From the NCBI RefSeq assembly GCF_006345805.1, contig NC_043005.1:43214001-43278000 (forward strand): 64,000 nt of DNA, read 5' to 3'. The stretch's first letter is position 1, and the number at the start of each line of letters is the position of its first letter. The DNA is from Octopus sinensis. Taxonomy: Eukaryota. Both the position numbers and the translations under genes were made by a program. This document shows, in pieces, positions 40,211-52,720 of the stretch. The notes beneath the pieces were generated by a model that was given only the letters and a program-made list of their open reading frames with translations, did no database searches and was not told the DNA's origin.

Positions 40211-40540
40211 CAGTCTATTGCATGAAGGGTTAGATAGCTTGGTGCATGCTACAGGACATGAGCAGTTGAGGGTTAACAAGTTGTTCCCATAGCAGTCTAT
40301 TGCATGGAGGGTTAGATAGCTTGGTGCATGCTACAGGACATGAGCAGTTGAGGGTTAACAGATTGTTCCCATAGCAGTCTATTGCATGAAGGGTTAGATA
40401 GCTTGGTGCATGCTACAGGACATGAGCAGTTGAGGGTTAACAGGTTGTTCCCATAGCAGTCTATTGCATGAAGGGTTAGATAGCTTGGTGCATGCTACAG
40501 GACATGAGCAGTTGAGGGTTATCAGGTTGTTCCCATAGCA
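40211..40540. repeat. Tandem array, 4 x 82 bp
   Basis: Units start at 40211, 40293, 40375 and 40457 (cagtctattgcatgaagggttagatagc...ttgttcccatag), with only 1-3 differences between units. Confidence 0.97.
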
Positions 40541-41009
40541 ATTCCTATAAAATCCCTGTGGAGATGCATAACCTAGTGGTGTCAAACTCATGACTGTGAT
40601 ATTGTGGTTTCAATTTGTGGACTGGGCAATGCATTGCGTTTTTGAGGAAAACACTTTATTTGATGTTACTCTAATCCACTCAGCTGGCAAAAAAGAGTAA
40701 TCCTGCAATGGACAGGCATCCCATCCTGCAGGGATTATATGCATCACAGAACCTGGGGAACTGACCCTATGAGTTTATATGATTCATGAAAGGCTTTTGT
40801 CCTATCTGTAAAACCCTGGATGTTACCAATGTGAGTAAGAACAGAATGATCCAAAAGAACATTGAAGACATCTACACTGGCTCTGGTTAAAAGAAAAAGG
40901 TGACCAGGTTAAGATTTGGTCAACCTCAGTATGGCTGTTTGCAAACCCCCATTACACCCACTAACTAAGATACATCTTATTATGGCATCTTTTATCTCTA
41001 TCTTTTACC

Positions 41010-41480
41010 TTTTACTTGTTTCAGTCATTAGACTGCGGCTATGCTGGGGCACCGCCTTGAAGAATGTTTAGTTGAACGAATTAGCCCCCGTACTTATTTT
41101 GTTTTTCAAGCCTGGTACTTATTCTATCAGTCTCTTTTGCCAAACCACTAAGTTACAGGAACATAAACATCGAAGAATGTTTTGTTGAAAAAATTAACCC
41201 CTGTACTTATTTTGTCTTTAAAGCCTGGTACTTATTCTATCAGTCCCTTTTGCCAAACCACTAAGTTACAGGAACATAAACACACCAACACCAGTTATCA
41301 AGCGGTGATGTGGGTACAAATACAGAAACACACACACACGGACATATAACAGGCTCCTTTCATTTTCTGCTTACCAAATCCACTCACAAGGCTTTGGTTG
41401 GTCTGAGGCCATAATTGAAGACAGAACTCTGGGACCATGTGGTTGGAGAGCAAGCTTCTTACCACACAGCCATGCCTAAA
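41010..41480 (-). mobile_element. SINE family A copy with a ~120-bp internal tandem duplication
   Basis: 'gaagaatgttt.gttgaa...gccaaaccactaagttacaggaacataaaca' occurs twice in succession (~41058-41170 and ~41172-41282). Confidence 0.85.
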
Positions 41481-41960
41481 TAACACAGTTGATCCTCTTA
41501 AATGAAGATTAGTTTGTAATTTTGGCAAGAAAGTGTAATTGAACTGTGTGGTGGTACTATTATACATTGTTTTTACCTTGTTTTATTTAAAATACAGAAC
41601 CATTAACTTATGTTTTATGAAGTTTTGAAACAAATATTGAGCTGTTTCATAACTGTGTGTCTAATAGGAACCATTTTATTTTGAGCTTCTGCAAATAAAA
41701 ATAAAACAGTGAACTTTTTTTTCTTTTTTGTGTGCGTGTGTGTGTGTATGCCTAGGGTGGTTTTTATTTATATTTACATTCATTTATAGTAAATGTAAAT
41801 ATTTTCTCTATTGTTTTGGTTAAATTTACATGATTTTCAGAACAAATATGTAAACAGACGTAATCATTCATCCCCCTCTTACATCATCCTAATTTCCCCT
41901 CTTGCAATATAATCTAGCTATTGATTATTTATTGCTTTGTATTAGTACATATTGAAGTCT

Positions 41961-43683
41961 TGTGTGGTCTAGTGGTTAGGGTGTAGCACTCATGATCGCT
42001 GAGATCGTGGGTTCGTTTCCTAGGTCGAGCAGCATGTTGTATTTTTGAGCAAAAGAATAAAAGTAACATTTCACGTTGCTCCAGTCCACAGCAGCTGTAA
42101 ATGGATGGGGATTTTTTTTTTACTCTTTTCTTGATAATGCTTTGCTTTAGGCTTTTCCTCAAGTGGTTAGGGTGTAGCACTAATGATCGCTAAGATCGTG
42201 GGTTCGTTTCCTAGATCGAGCAGCATGTTGTATTTTTGAGCAAAAGAATAAAAGTAACATTTCACGTTGCTCCAGTCCACAGCAGCTGTAAATGGATGGG
42301 GATTTTTTTTTTACTTTTCTTGATAATGCTTTGCTTAGGCTTTTCCTCAAGTGGTTAGGTGTAGCACTCATGATCGCTAAGATCGTGGGTTCGTTTCCTA
42401 GGTCGAGCAGCATGTTGTATTTTCGAGCAAAAGAATAAAAGTAACATTTCACGTTGCTCCAGTCCACAGCAGCTGTAAATGGATGGGGATTTTTTTTTTT
42501 ACTCTTTTCTTGATATGCTTTGCTTTAGCTTTTCCTCAAGTGGTTAGGGTGTAGCACTCATGATCGCTAAGATCGTGGGTTCGTTTCCTAGGTCGAGCAG
42601 CATGTTGTATTTTCGAGCAAAAGAATAAAAGTAACATTTCACGTTGCTCCAGTCCACAGCAGCTGTAAATGGATGGGGATTTTTTTTTTACTCTTTTCTT
42701 GATAATGCTTTGCTTTAGGCTTTTCCTCAAGTGGTTAGGGTGTAGCACTCATGATCGCTAAGATCGTGGGTTCGTTTCCTAGATCGAGCAGCATGTTGTA
42801 TTTTCGAGCAAAAGAATAAAAGTAACACTTCACGTTGCTCCAGTCCACAGCAGCTGTAAATGGATGGGGATTTTTTTTTTACTCTTTTCTTGATAATGCT
42901 TTGCTTAGGCTTTTCCTCAGTGGTTAGGGTGTAGCACTAATGATCGCTAAGATCGTGGGTTCGTTTCCTAGATCGAGCAGCATGTTGTATTTTTGAGCAA
43001 AAGAATAAAAGTAACATTTCACGTTGCTCCAGTCACAGCAGCTGTAAATGGTGGGGATTTTTTTTTTACTCTTTTCTTGATAATGCTTTGCTTTAGGCTT
43101 TTCCTCAAGTGGTTAGGGTGTAGCACTCATGATCGCTAAGATCGTGGGTTCGTTTCCTAGATCGAGCAGCATGTTGTATTTTCGAGCAAAAGAATAAAAG
43201 TAACACTTCACGTTGCTCCAGTCCACAGCAGCTGTAAATGGATGGGGATTTTTTTTTTACTCTTTTCTTGATAATGCTTTGCTTTAGGCTTTTCCTCAAG
43301 TGGTTAGGGTGTAGCACTAATGATCGCTAAGATCGTGGGTTCGTTTCCTAGATCGAGCAGCATGTTGTATTTTTGAGCAAAAGAATAAAAGTAACATTTC
43401 ACGTTGCTCCAGTCCACAGCAGCTGTAAATGGATGGGGATTTTTTTTTTACTCTTTTCTTGATAATGCTTTGCTTTAGGCTTTTCCTCAAGTGGTTAGGG
43501 TGTAGCACTAATGATCGCTAAGATCGTGGGTTCGTTTCCTAGGTCGAGCAGCGTGTTGTATTTTTGAGCAAAAGAATAAAAGTAACATTTCACGTTGCTC
43601 CAGTCCACAGCAGCTGTAAATGGATGGGGATTTTTTTTTTTACTCTTTTCTTGATAATGCTTTGCTTTAGGCTTTTCCTCAAG
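41961..43683 (+). repeat. Tandem array, 9 x ~190 bp, derived from a SINE D/E head
   Basis: Units start at 41971, 42162, 42350, 42539, 42730, 42919, 43108, 43299 and 43490. Each unit has the tRNA-like head, a core-like box, a T-run and a short spacer. Confidence 0.97.
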
Positions 43684-44904
43684 TTAAAAATATTGTTGAT
43701 GACTTTGGGCCCCATTTATTTTTTTTTGTCTATGTATACATACATACGACGGGCTTCTTTCAGTTTCCGTCTACCAAATCCACTCACAAGGCTTTGGTCG
43801 GCCCGAGGCTATGGTCTGTTAAATTTCATTTAATCTTTCTTCTATAAACTATCAAAATATTGTCTGTGGGTGGACAGAGTTGAGGAAATACATTTATGAA
43901 AAGTATATGTATTTAACAACCTTCATCTTCAATGAAGGCAATTGCATGGATAAAAAAAATCTATGAAAACAAATTACGTATTGGACAGTCTTAGCTTCTA
44001 GACTAACTTAAGCTTTCCTGGATAGTTCTATAAAAGCTTGCAATATTCTTCTGAATAGAAGCTTGTTAAGTTCCTTGTTTTCTATGTGCATTTATTCTGC
44101 TCTTTTCTTCACTGTCATCACTTGCCAATTGTTATATGTTCTTTGTGCAAGTATAAATGCTTTAAACATTGGAACAAAGATTAAAAGAAGTTCTGGGATT
44201 GTGAATCTCGTGGCGTGACTCGGTATAGCATGTTCTGTTGATGATATTATGTACCTGTTGATTACAGGTTGGAGTTATTACAATTACAGCTTTGACCATT
44301 GGTCAATCTCAATCAAATGCGAAGCAAAATACTATAAAAGTGTTTACCGTTCTGCTTTGAAATATTATTCTGTTGCATGTTTGCATACAATCTCCTGTTG
44401 CACTGACACTACATCAATGTGGACCAATTCCATTTATCTCTGCTATTAATACATCTCCACTCTTCTCAGCTATTATATTTTAATCATTTATCTTGTTTAT
44501 CTGACTTTTCTGGCATTCTATGAGGCTATTTCTCAAACTAACATTAAATTTCTTCAATTATTTCTTCTAAATTTGGAAAGGACCACATATTTACTTAAGC
44601 ACATGTGTCAGTGTGTGTGTATATGCAAAGTTCACAAATCTTCATAACTGAATAATTAATATGTAGCAAGTGCTGTGTCAACTATTGTCTCAAGCCTTGT
44701 TTTTCACACTCTTCGAACATTGTTGCTTATCAGATGGGCACATTTCTCACACAATCTCTTTGACTGGAAAATTAGCAATCAGTCCTTTATTAAAGTTAAA
44801 TATCTGGTAAACTGCTTCACATGAAATTTTTTTATGTATACATGTGGTTTGGGTGGATTTTGCAAATGAGAACGTTTGCACATATGTTTTTCAGAATAAG
44901 TATT

Positions 44905-45129
44905 TTAACCGTTTAGCATTTCAGATTAATCTGTCAAACTTAATGTTTATTCATTCACATTGTTTTGAATTAATCATGCATCATCTTGTGGCTTTGAGAT
45001 TTCGATAGTGTGATTGTATATTTTTAGAATGACATTGTAGGGTAGGTGTGAGAGACCAAATCTAACTGTTTTAAACATAAAACAGGTATAACCAGGCTGA
45101 ACATGGCTGGTTCGATACTAAAGGGTTAA
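44905..45129. mobile_element. MITE with TTAA ends (piggyBac- or Kolobok-like target)
   Basis: Left end TTAACCGTTTAGCATT; right end (reverse complement) TTAACCCTTTAGTATC. Confidence 0.7.
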
Positions 45130-46230
45130 AACTGTATGTCAGCTCTTCCTTGTATCATACTGTTTTATAAACCTGAGATAGAGAGAGCAGCACCGTATTT
45201 CTTCCCCACCACATATAGTAAGGTTAATACTAATTATCTGACATTATCACACCTGCTGTCTATTATCTTTAATATATATCTGCTACTCTTTATGTTTTTG
45301 TGTTTGTTATTTTTTCCTAATGTGTTGATATTTTCTATATTGTTGGTGCAATTACTTTTTACTAAGCTACAAAATAAATAAAAAAATGACGTTATTAACC
45401 AAGCAGATTTTAACTGGCCAAATTGTACAACACAATGACTTCAAAAGAGTTTCAAAGATTTTTTAGAAGTCCAACACCTTAATCTTACATGCATTGCTTT
45501 TTATGTGATTATTACTCCAAAATTTCAAGCACATCTCTTAATTATTCACTGCTGACCATGTGATTCTAACATGTAGTAAACATTGTCAAACAATTTTAAA
45601 AGCAAAACAACTACTTGTTCTGGTTTGTTCTTGAAAATGTTCCATTGTAAAATATTATACTGTGATTTGTCTGGAAACAAGTAAGGTGAAATTTATACCT
45701 CAGTATCTTGGAAGAATGACAGTTAATCATTGGAATATAATAGACATTGTTTGGCAACAACTTCACTAACAGAATGAATATTTGCCAATATATCAAAGGT
45801 TCCTATCAGTTCTTTGCTTTACTTGTGACTTGAAGTGGATCCTCTCCTTTCTTCATTTTCATCAGTCTCTTTTGTCTTATTGTTCATGTACCTGTACATT
45901 ATCTATGATGGTCATGGTGCCTACAAGAAACATGTTACACTCATACAAGTACAAGAATATGAGGGGTTTAGTTCACTGATGACCTAAACCAGTAGGTACA
46001 CTAAGTGCTATAATTGGTCATCTGTTAGGCTCCAAGCTCTCAGCTGAGGCTGGAGCCAGGAATCTGTAGTAAGCTTCGAAGTCAGCAGGTACATATCAGA
46101 GGAAAAAGGAAAATAAAATCAAGGCAGGATAAGTACCTCAGGTTATTTTGAATATTTAATTAGAGTAAGGTGAATTCTAAATGACCTAAAACACTCATGC
46201 TACCTTGGTTTTGTTTTACTTTTTCCTTTA

Positions 46231-46262
<32 letters not shown>

Positions 46263-47299
46263 ATATATAACTGTTTATAACTATTTTTCTTAAAAGCCAA
46301 AGTAACAAAATTTATAAAAATAACAATAGGTTAATAGTTTTACCAGGTATTTCAATATTGCCTGGCTAGGATCCCTTCCTCAGGAAATCTTTGATCACTA
46401 ACTCCTCTGTCATGTAGTGTCCATATAATTATATATATATACATACAGAACTCAATATGTGAATGTAAGACAATGATAATTGAAGGCTCTTTATTCCAGC
46501 ACTCCTTCTTACATGTTCCTGATCATTCAGCTCCTAATCTGGTGGTGTGTTTTCCCTTCATATATCTGTTGTTTGAATATATTTTGAAATATATGAAAGC
46601 TAAGAAGAAAAGACCTTTTTTGTTTTGTTTTGGGGTAAATAACCCTTGCAAGTGACACAAACGCAACTGGATATTCCAGACTCATATATTTCTTTTCCCT
46701 TTTGGCTTCCAATAGTCTTAAACTTCATAGAAGCAAAGTCACTCTAATAACTTTCCTTCTAAAATTGCACCTTTTGTTTAAGTAATATATTCAAAACCAA
46801 TGTGTCTGTGTACACTTTATGTGCATTTGTGCATAAACATATTATATACACATATGTATATATGTAGACATGCATATACATTCATACACACACCGGTGTA
46901 TTTTAATATGTATGATAAACACTTCAAATCCAACATTTCTTTTTACCTTCTTGAACCAGGAAGAAATTCAAGGAAGCTAGTATTTACATAAAAGATACTT
47001 AGCCTTATGCATACAAGGCACTAATAGCTCTGTTCTTTTGTTCAACCGATATTGCTTTGTACCAAAGTTTTCAATTTTTCTTCCCACACTGGATTTTTGA
47101 TTTGAAATTTCCATTCCTGTATGGTTGTGCCTCATATCTACAAGTGATAATTTTATATATATATATATACACACACACACAACACACACACACACACATG
47201 CATAGGTACCCAACACAATATAAAATGTAGGTCTAACCCAGGGTTGGTCCCATGCTACTGAAACAGCTGTAGTAAATTTTAAAGTCCATTTGTGTTATT

Positions 47300-47315
47300 C
47301 TTTTATACCTATATG

Positions 47316-47358
<43 letters not shown>

Positions 47359-47381
47359 GTATGTGTGTATATATATGTATG

Positions 47382-47412
<31 letters not shown>

Positions 47413-47461
47413 ATATATATGTATGTATATATATATATATATATGTATGTGTGTATATATA

Positions 47462-47550
<89 letters not shown>

Positions 47551-47646
47551 ATAATATATATATATATAGATGCAGGAGTGGCTGTGTGGTAAGTAGCTTG
47601 CTTACCAACCGCATACACATACATGCATGCTTATATATATATATGC

Positions 47647-47677
<31 letters not shown>

Positions 47678-47690
47678 ACCCAGGCACACA
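47300..47690. repeat. Long compound (TA)n/(TATG)n microsatellite containing an isolated SINE A head (~47569-47612)
   Basis: Directly visible. Similar arrays lie at ~23520-23735 and ~24080-24435. Confidence 0.9.
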
Positions 47691-48107
47691 TATTTATATC
47701 AGCAGAGAATTTGCTGAGTAGATAATATAAAAAAAAAACTTTTTTAAAATATAATGGCCTATGAGTTCATATTCTATTTCTGATAATTCTAGGAATTGTC
47801 TTTTGGTTATATGTTTACTTAGGTATATACTGTTGCAAGAATTCTACACTTACCATTTGCACATTCTGGAACCATATTACATATATCTATACCAGGCTGC
47901 AATGCAGGTTTCTTTGTGCATAGCCTAGAAACAGTGAAGAAGGCTGGGTTGTAATTGAATTTAATTTGAACAAAGTTAATAAATCATTAAACTTGATTAA
48001 CCTCTTTTAAACAAACACATTAACACTAGTTGTAATGATAATTAATCATGATTGGATTATTATTTTGTTAACTGTATGCCATTATATTTTGCATAATGGT
48101 GACATCT

Positions 48108-48753
48108 TTTATCTTTTACTTGTTTCGGTCATCTGGCTGTGGCCATGCTAGGGCACAGCCTTGAAGAAATTTTAGTTGAATGCATTGACCATTGTACAAT
48201 TTTTTTTTTGTTTCAAGCTTGGTACTTATTCTATCTGTCTCTTTTACCGAACTGCTAAGTTGTTGGGATGTAAGCTCATTAACAGTGGTTGTCAAGCAGT
48301 GGTGGTGAGGGATGAATACAGATACAAAGACACACACACACATACCTATATATATAAAACAGGCTTCCTTCAGTTTCCATCTCCCAAATCCACTTGTAAG
48401 GCTTTGTTGCCCAAGGCTATAGTAGAAAACACTTATCCCAAGGTGCCTCACAATAGGACTGAACCCAGAATCATGTGGTCGAAAAGCAAGCTTCTTATTT
48501 CGTTATTGCCCACTAGGGGTTAAACATAGAGGGGACAAACAAGGACAGACAAAAGGATTAAGTTGATTACATTGACCTCAGTGCATAACTGGTACTTAAT
48601 TTATCGACCCCCCCAAAAGGATGAAAGGCAAAGTCCACCTCGGCGGAATTTGAACTCAGAACGTAACAGCAGACGAAATACCGCTAAGCATTTTGCCCGG
48701 CACGCTAACATTTCTGCCAGCTCGTCGCTTCTTACCACACAGCCACACCTGTG
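48108..48753 (-). mobile_element. SINE family A copy with a nested young family B copy (48498-48728)
   Basis: Direct repeat GCTTCTTA at 48490-48497 and 48727-48734. Removing the insert restores the family A sequence 'agcaagcttcttaccacacagccac'. Confidence 0.9.
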
Positions 48754-49775
48754 ACATTAGCAGTATTTTTGCATAACTCACATATGGGTTCAAAATGTGA
48801 AAATGTGGAAAACAAAAATATCCTAAGTGTCCCCCCAGCCACATTCAGTTTTGATTATGTATGATAAATTGACTTGTCAAGCAACGCTCATACTTACTTA
48901 ATGCATATTTACTAAACAATGCAGATACTTATATTACAATTCAGTTTCAGTTTTACCCATGATGTTCTGGCAAAATGTCCATTTATGCAAATAATGGAAT
49001 ATTTATGCCAAAACTGCTATTTATTCCCTAAAGATTAACTAAGGTGACCAGTTTTATGATAATCAGGATATATGTATATCTGTGTGTATATTCGTGCACA
49101 CACACATGTATGTGTATGTACGTGTGCATATATGTATGTATGTATGCAACATCCTGAGGTTGTATATTTGTTTGTTTTTGTTTTTTTTTTTTCATTCTTT
49201 ATCTTTGTTTTATCTGTTACCATGAATTGAATGAATCGGTGATGTTAGTTAATGTCAGATGAGTTTTGGGGAATGGAACTTCTTTTTTTCTCTCTCTCTC
49301 TGTTTGGTTATTTTCCTTGATGTCAGCATGACAAATGAATAATGCCTGCAACATCTGTTATCATACTAGGTTCCAAATTTTGAGTATTAAGTTGATAGCA
49401 GCAACTTTTGTTAAATCACAAATGAAACAAATCCAACTTTTAAAGTGGATACAACAGAGAGTTTCCAAACAGACCCAAACTGACTACATGGAAAAACAAA
49501 ACGACATACCCTGATGCACACACCTCCCCTACAAGGCCAGTCACTGACTGACCCAATGTGCAACATGGTTTTGGTCCATCTACAACTTAACTGAAGCATA
49601 GTTATTTCAGGATTTTATGCTTGTGTATAGTTTCAAAAAGTTTTACTGATTAGTTTTGTGTTATTAGTGCAATTAAACCATATCACTATACTCAAAGGTC
49701 ACTTGTGAAATGAACACTTACAGAAGGTTTTCAAAACCCCTATCTATTCAATATAACCTAATAATCTAATATAGG

Positions 49776-49810
<35 letters not shown>

Positions 49811-50106
49811 CCAAACCATATCTAAAATAGACCAAACTAAGACAAATAAAATATATTACCCTAAAAATCTGCCCAATCATTTTGTATGGATTCTCAATAG
49901 GACAACTTCCAATTCAAGTTGAAACAAAAAAATGCACCAACCAAAAGCCAAAAACAAAACTACCCTTAAAATTTATAACTTAATTCTATACATCCCCAAA
50001 TATGTAAAAAAAAAAAAAAAAGGACACACACACACACACCCACGACAATAGTAGATATTGCAAACTAACAATACAAAAGCAATCTTTCATACATTTTTGC
50101 TGTAAG

Positions 50107-50112
50107 ATTGTG
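50107..50112 (+). CDS. Candidate 6-nt microexon (ATTGTG)
   Basis: Branch-like CTAAC at 50065-50069, then 'tttttGCtgtaAG|ATTGTG|GTAAGT' with UGC at -9 to -7 and a perfect donor. The AAG acceptor is atypical. Confidence 0.2.
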
Positions 50113-50736
50113 GTAAGTGTATATGTGAGAGCAAGTGGTTTTGATACTTTCTGAAGTTTCTTAATAGTTTCTTTTTTTTTTTTTAGAAAGTAAGGACAAT
50201 GTTTTAATGGTAAACATCATTTTCATGTTTCATTTTTGTCGATTGTCATGCTTAGAATAAGAAGGGGAAATTTTCAAACTTATGTGGTGTATGAGTGACT
50301 GCTATTTTTATCTTTAAATAGAAGTTGGTTGAAATGATTCTGCATGTAAAAGTTGTAATCTTTGTTACAGGTACAGAATCAATTTTCCAGAACTTTTGGT
50401 TCCAGAGCCTTTCTTGACTTCAGATTTATTTGAACTAGAGGTGGTCACAATCTAAATTAAACAAATATCAAATTTACTTGGTGCTCCAGCATAGCCACAT
50501 TCAAATGACTGAAATAAGTAAAAGAATCAATTAAATGCAATTCAGATACCTCATGCTGTACTAAGCTTGGTACCAGTAAGCTAGTCTGGCAGCCACAGGA
50601 ATTTGAAGATTCTGCTCGTAAATTAGTGCAAATTATAAGTGGTTCCAGATCTCCAGTGTCTAGAATGTCAGTGATGTACCTGTAGAAGCATTTATATGGA
50701 GTTTATGTATAAGCATTCACATGGAATTTATGTATA

Positions 50737-50965
50737 TATTTCTTTACTGCTCACAAGGGGCTAAACATAGAGGAGACAAACAAGGACAGACAAGTGGATT
50801 AAGTTGATTACATCAACCCCAGTGCAAAACTGGTACTTTATCAACCTCAAAAGGGTGAAAGGCAAAATCAACTTAGGCGGAATTTGAACTCAGAATGTAA
50901 CGACAGACGAAATACCGCTAAGCATTTCGCCCGGCATGCTAACGTTTCTGCCAGCTCACCGCCTT
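50737..50965 (-). mobile_element. Young SINE family B with a 22-bp TSD
   Basis: Flanking direct repeat ATTCACATG(G/C)AATTTATGTATA at 50715-50736 and 50966-50987. Confidence 0.92.
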
Positions 50966-51273
50966 ATTCACATGCAATTTATGTATAGCCTTCATATGGA
51001 ATTTGTAGGTGAACAATTTTGTCTATAATCAGACTGAATACTCATTTGGAATTAGAATACATACCCTAAAATATACAATTAGAAATAGGCAATATACCTA
51101 AGCATCAAATGTCCCAAACTCCTTATTGATTTACTTAATTCTGTTTTCAAAAATTCTCAGAATTTTACTAATTTATCTCAACCATTTTTTTCCTTAGCTT
51201 GAAATTTTGCTACCTATCAAATCAGTATTCATTGAATTAATTATCAATAGCTTCTAGACATATACACTATTTA

Positions 51274-51314
<41 letters not shown>

Positions 51315-51810
51315 TTTATTATTTGTTTCTTTCCATAAATTTTTGAAATGTCAAAAGTAAGTCATCAATCTTGAAGTGAAAATCCTAGTCTGACAGTTTT
51401 GTATTTGCTAACAAGAAAGGGAGAATAACTTCTTTTTAGCTTGAAATTTACATTGTAAATTCATTAGATATCCCACTAACTGAGGACATTAGATATTCTT
51501 GTTTCCAAAAACTTAAACCAACAAGCAAGAAACCTATTCATATTTTACTAAACAATATTTTCTGACTTTTAGTTTCTGAGAAGTTTAGTTCTACTAAAAC
51601 AACTCCATTAATATAGAAGAGACATAGTTAGATTCCATATAAATATATTGCTAATCTATAGGCCATTGTTCTTTTTTTATTATTATTATTTGTGTTTGTA
51701 TACAGCATTTTCAAACTTACAAAAAAAATAAAGTAGGTTTTTTTTACTAAAACCATGAAGGCTGCAAAGATAGAATCCATTACATATCTATCGTCAGTAT
51801 ATATATACAT

Positions 51811-51885
<75 letters not shown>

Positions 51886-52580
51886 TATGTATATATATAT
51901 GATATACACGTGCAGACACACAGAGAAAACAAAAATGAAATATGACCTTATGCATTATTTGTTATTTTACCTTTTACAAAAATGAAAGTTTGCTTGTAAT
52001 GTTGTGGATAAGAAGTGGAAATGAATAAGAATTAAATGAACAAATGTTGTGGGTTTGTTATTTGATAGTATCCAGGAAAAAAAGGTAAGAAAAGGCAAAA
52101 CTGAGGAATTGGTAACAAAGAAGGGCTAATTAAGACACTAGGGATTAGAATTGTAAAGTGTATGAAGTGATAAGCATTTCTATGATTAGTGCTGTGGCTC
52201 CACAATAATATGTATGTTGGAAGAATACATGATACTTGCTTTGAACACTGTGAAGAACTGTTTAGTTTCCTTAGGGCATGATCGTTCATGTATCTATTGA
52301 AAGCTTTCATCCTTACATAATGAATCCCAAAATGATTGACAGTAGAAAAGTGAAATTTTATTGTATGTATATATATATTTTTCACCCTTCATTGTTACTC
52401 ATAACCATATTCATCCCAGTAAATGACCACAGCAATTTGTCTTGGCTACACGCGGGTGGGAAGGGACTGGTGACATAAGCTTTCATTCATACTTTGAATT
52501 TGGTGATACTAGCTGTGGCTTCTAGCTCGCTCTGATACTGAGTTGAGTTGGTGCCTTCTAGTATCTCAAAATTCAATATT

Positions 52581-52720
52581 CAATCATTCATGATTGTTTG
52601 TATCCTGCGCTGATGAGAGAAGAAGTCTGGGTAAGGTAGAATTATCTAATTCTTATGCTTTCCTAAGACTTGATCTCGAAACGTACGTCCGTAGGTGACT
52701 TAAAACTGTATGATAGATTG
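52581..52720 (+). ncRNA. Intact type I hammerhead ribozyme (core 52604-52695; predicted cleavage after C52689)
   Basis: Stem I CCUGCG (52604-09) / CGUAGG (52690-95). Core CUGAUGA (52610-16). Stem II opens GAGA/UCUC and continues AAGUCU/AGACUU and AGAAUU/AAUUCU. GAAA at 52678-81. Stem III AC-guac-GU within the palindrome ACGUACGU. GUC triplet at 52687-89. Stem I extends through GUUU/AAAC, UCAU/AUGA and CAAUC/GAUUG. Confidence 0.9.

Noticed and set aside
41961-43683. Regular repeat array resembling CRISPR, and its repeated short ORFs
   Set aside because: The units are contiguous near-identical copies with no unique spacers and no cas genes, in a eukaryotic context. The ORFs are antisense translations of the unit.
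45819-45899. Minus-strand short ORF MYRYMNNKTKETDENEERRGSTSSHK*
   Set aside because: It is only 26 codons, has ambiguous splice sites and no recognisable homology, and is partly explained by purine-rich composition.
45976-45996. CTGATGA followed by a CCTA/TAGG hairpin
   Set aside because: No GAAA follows the hairpin, so the core is incomplete.
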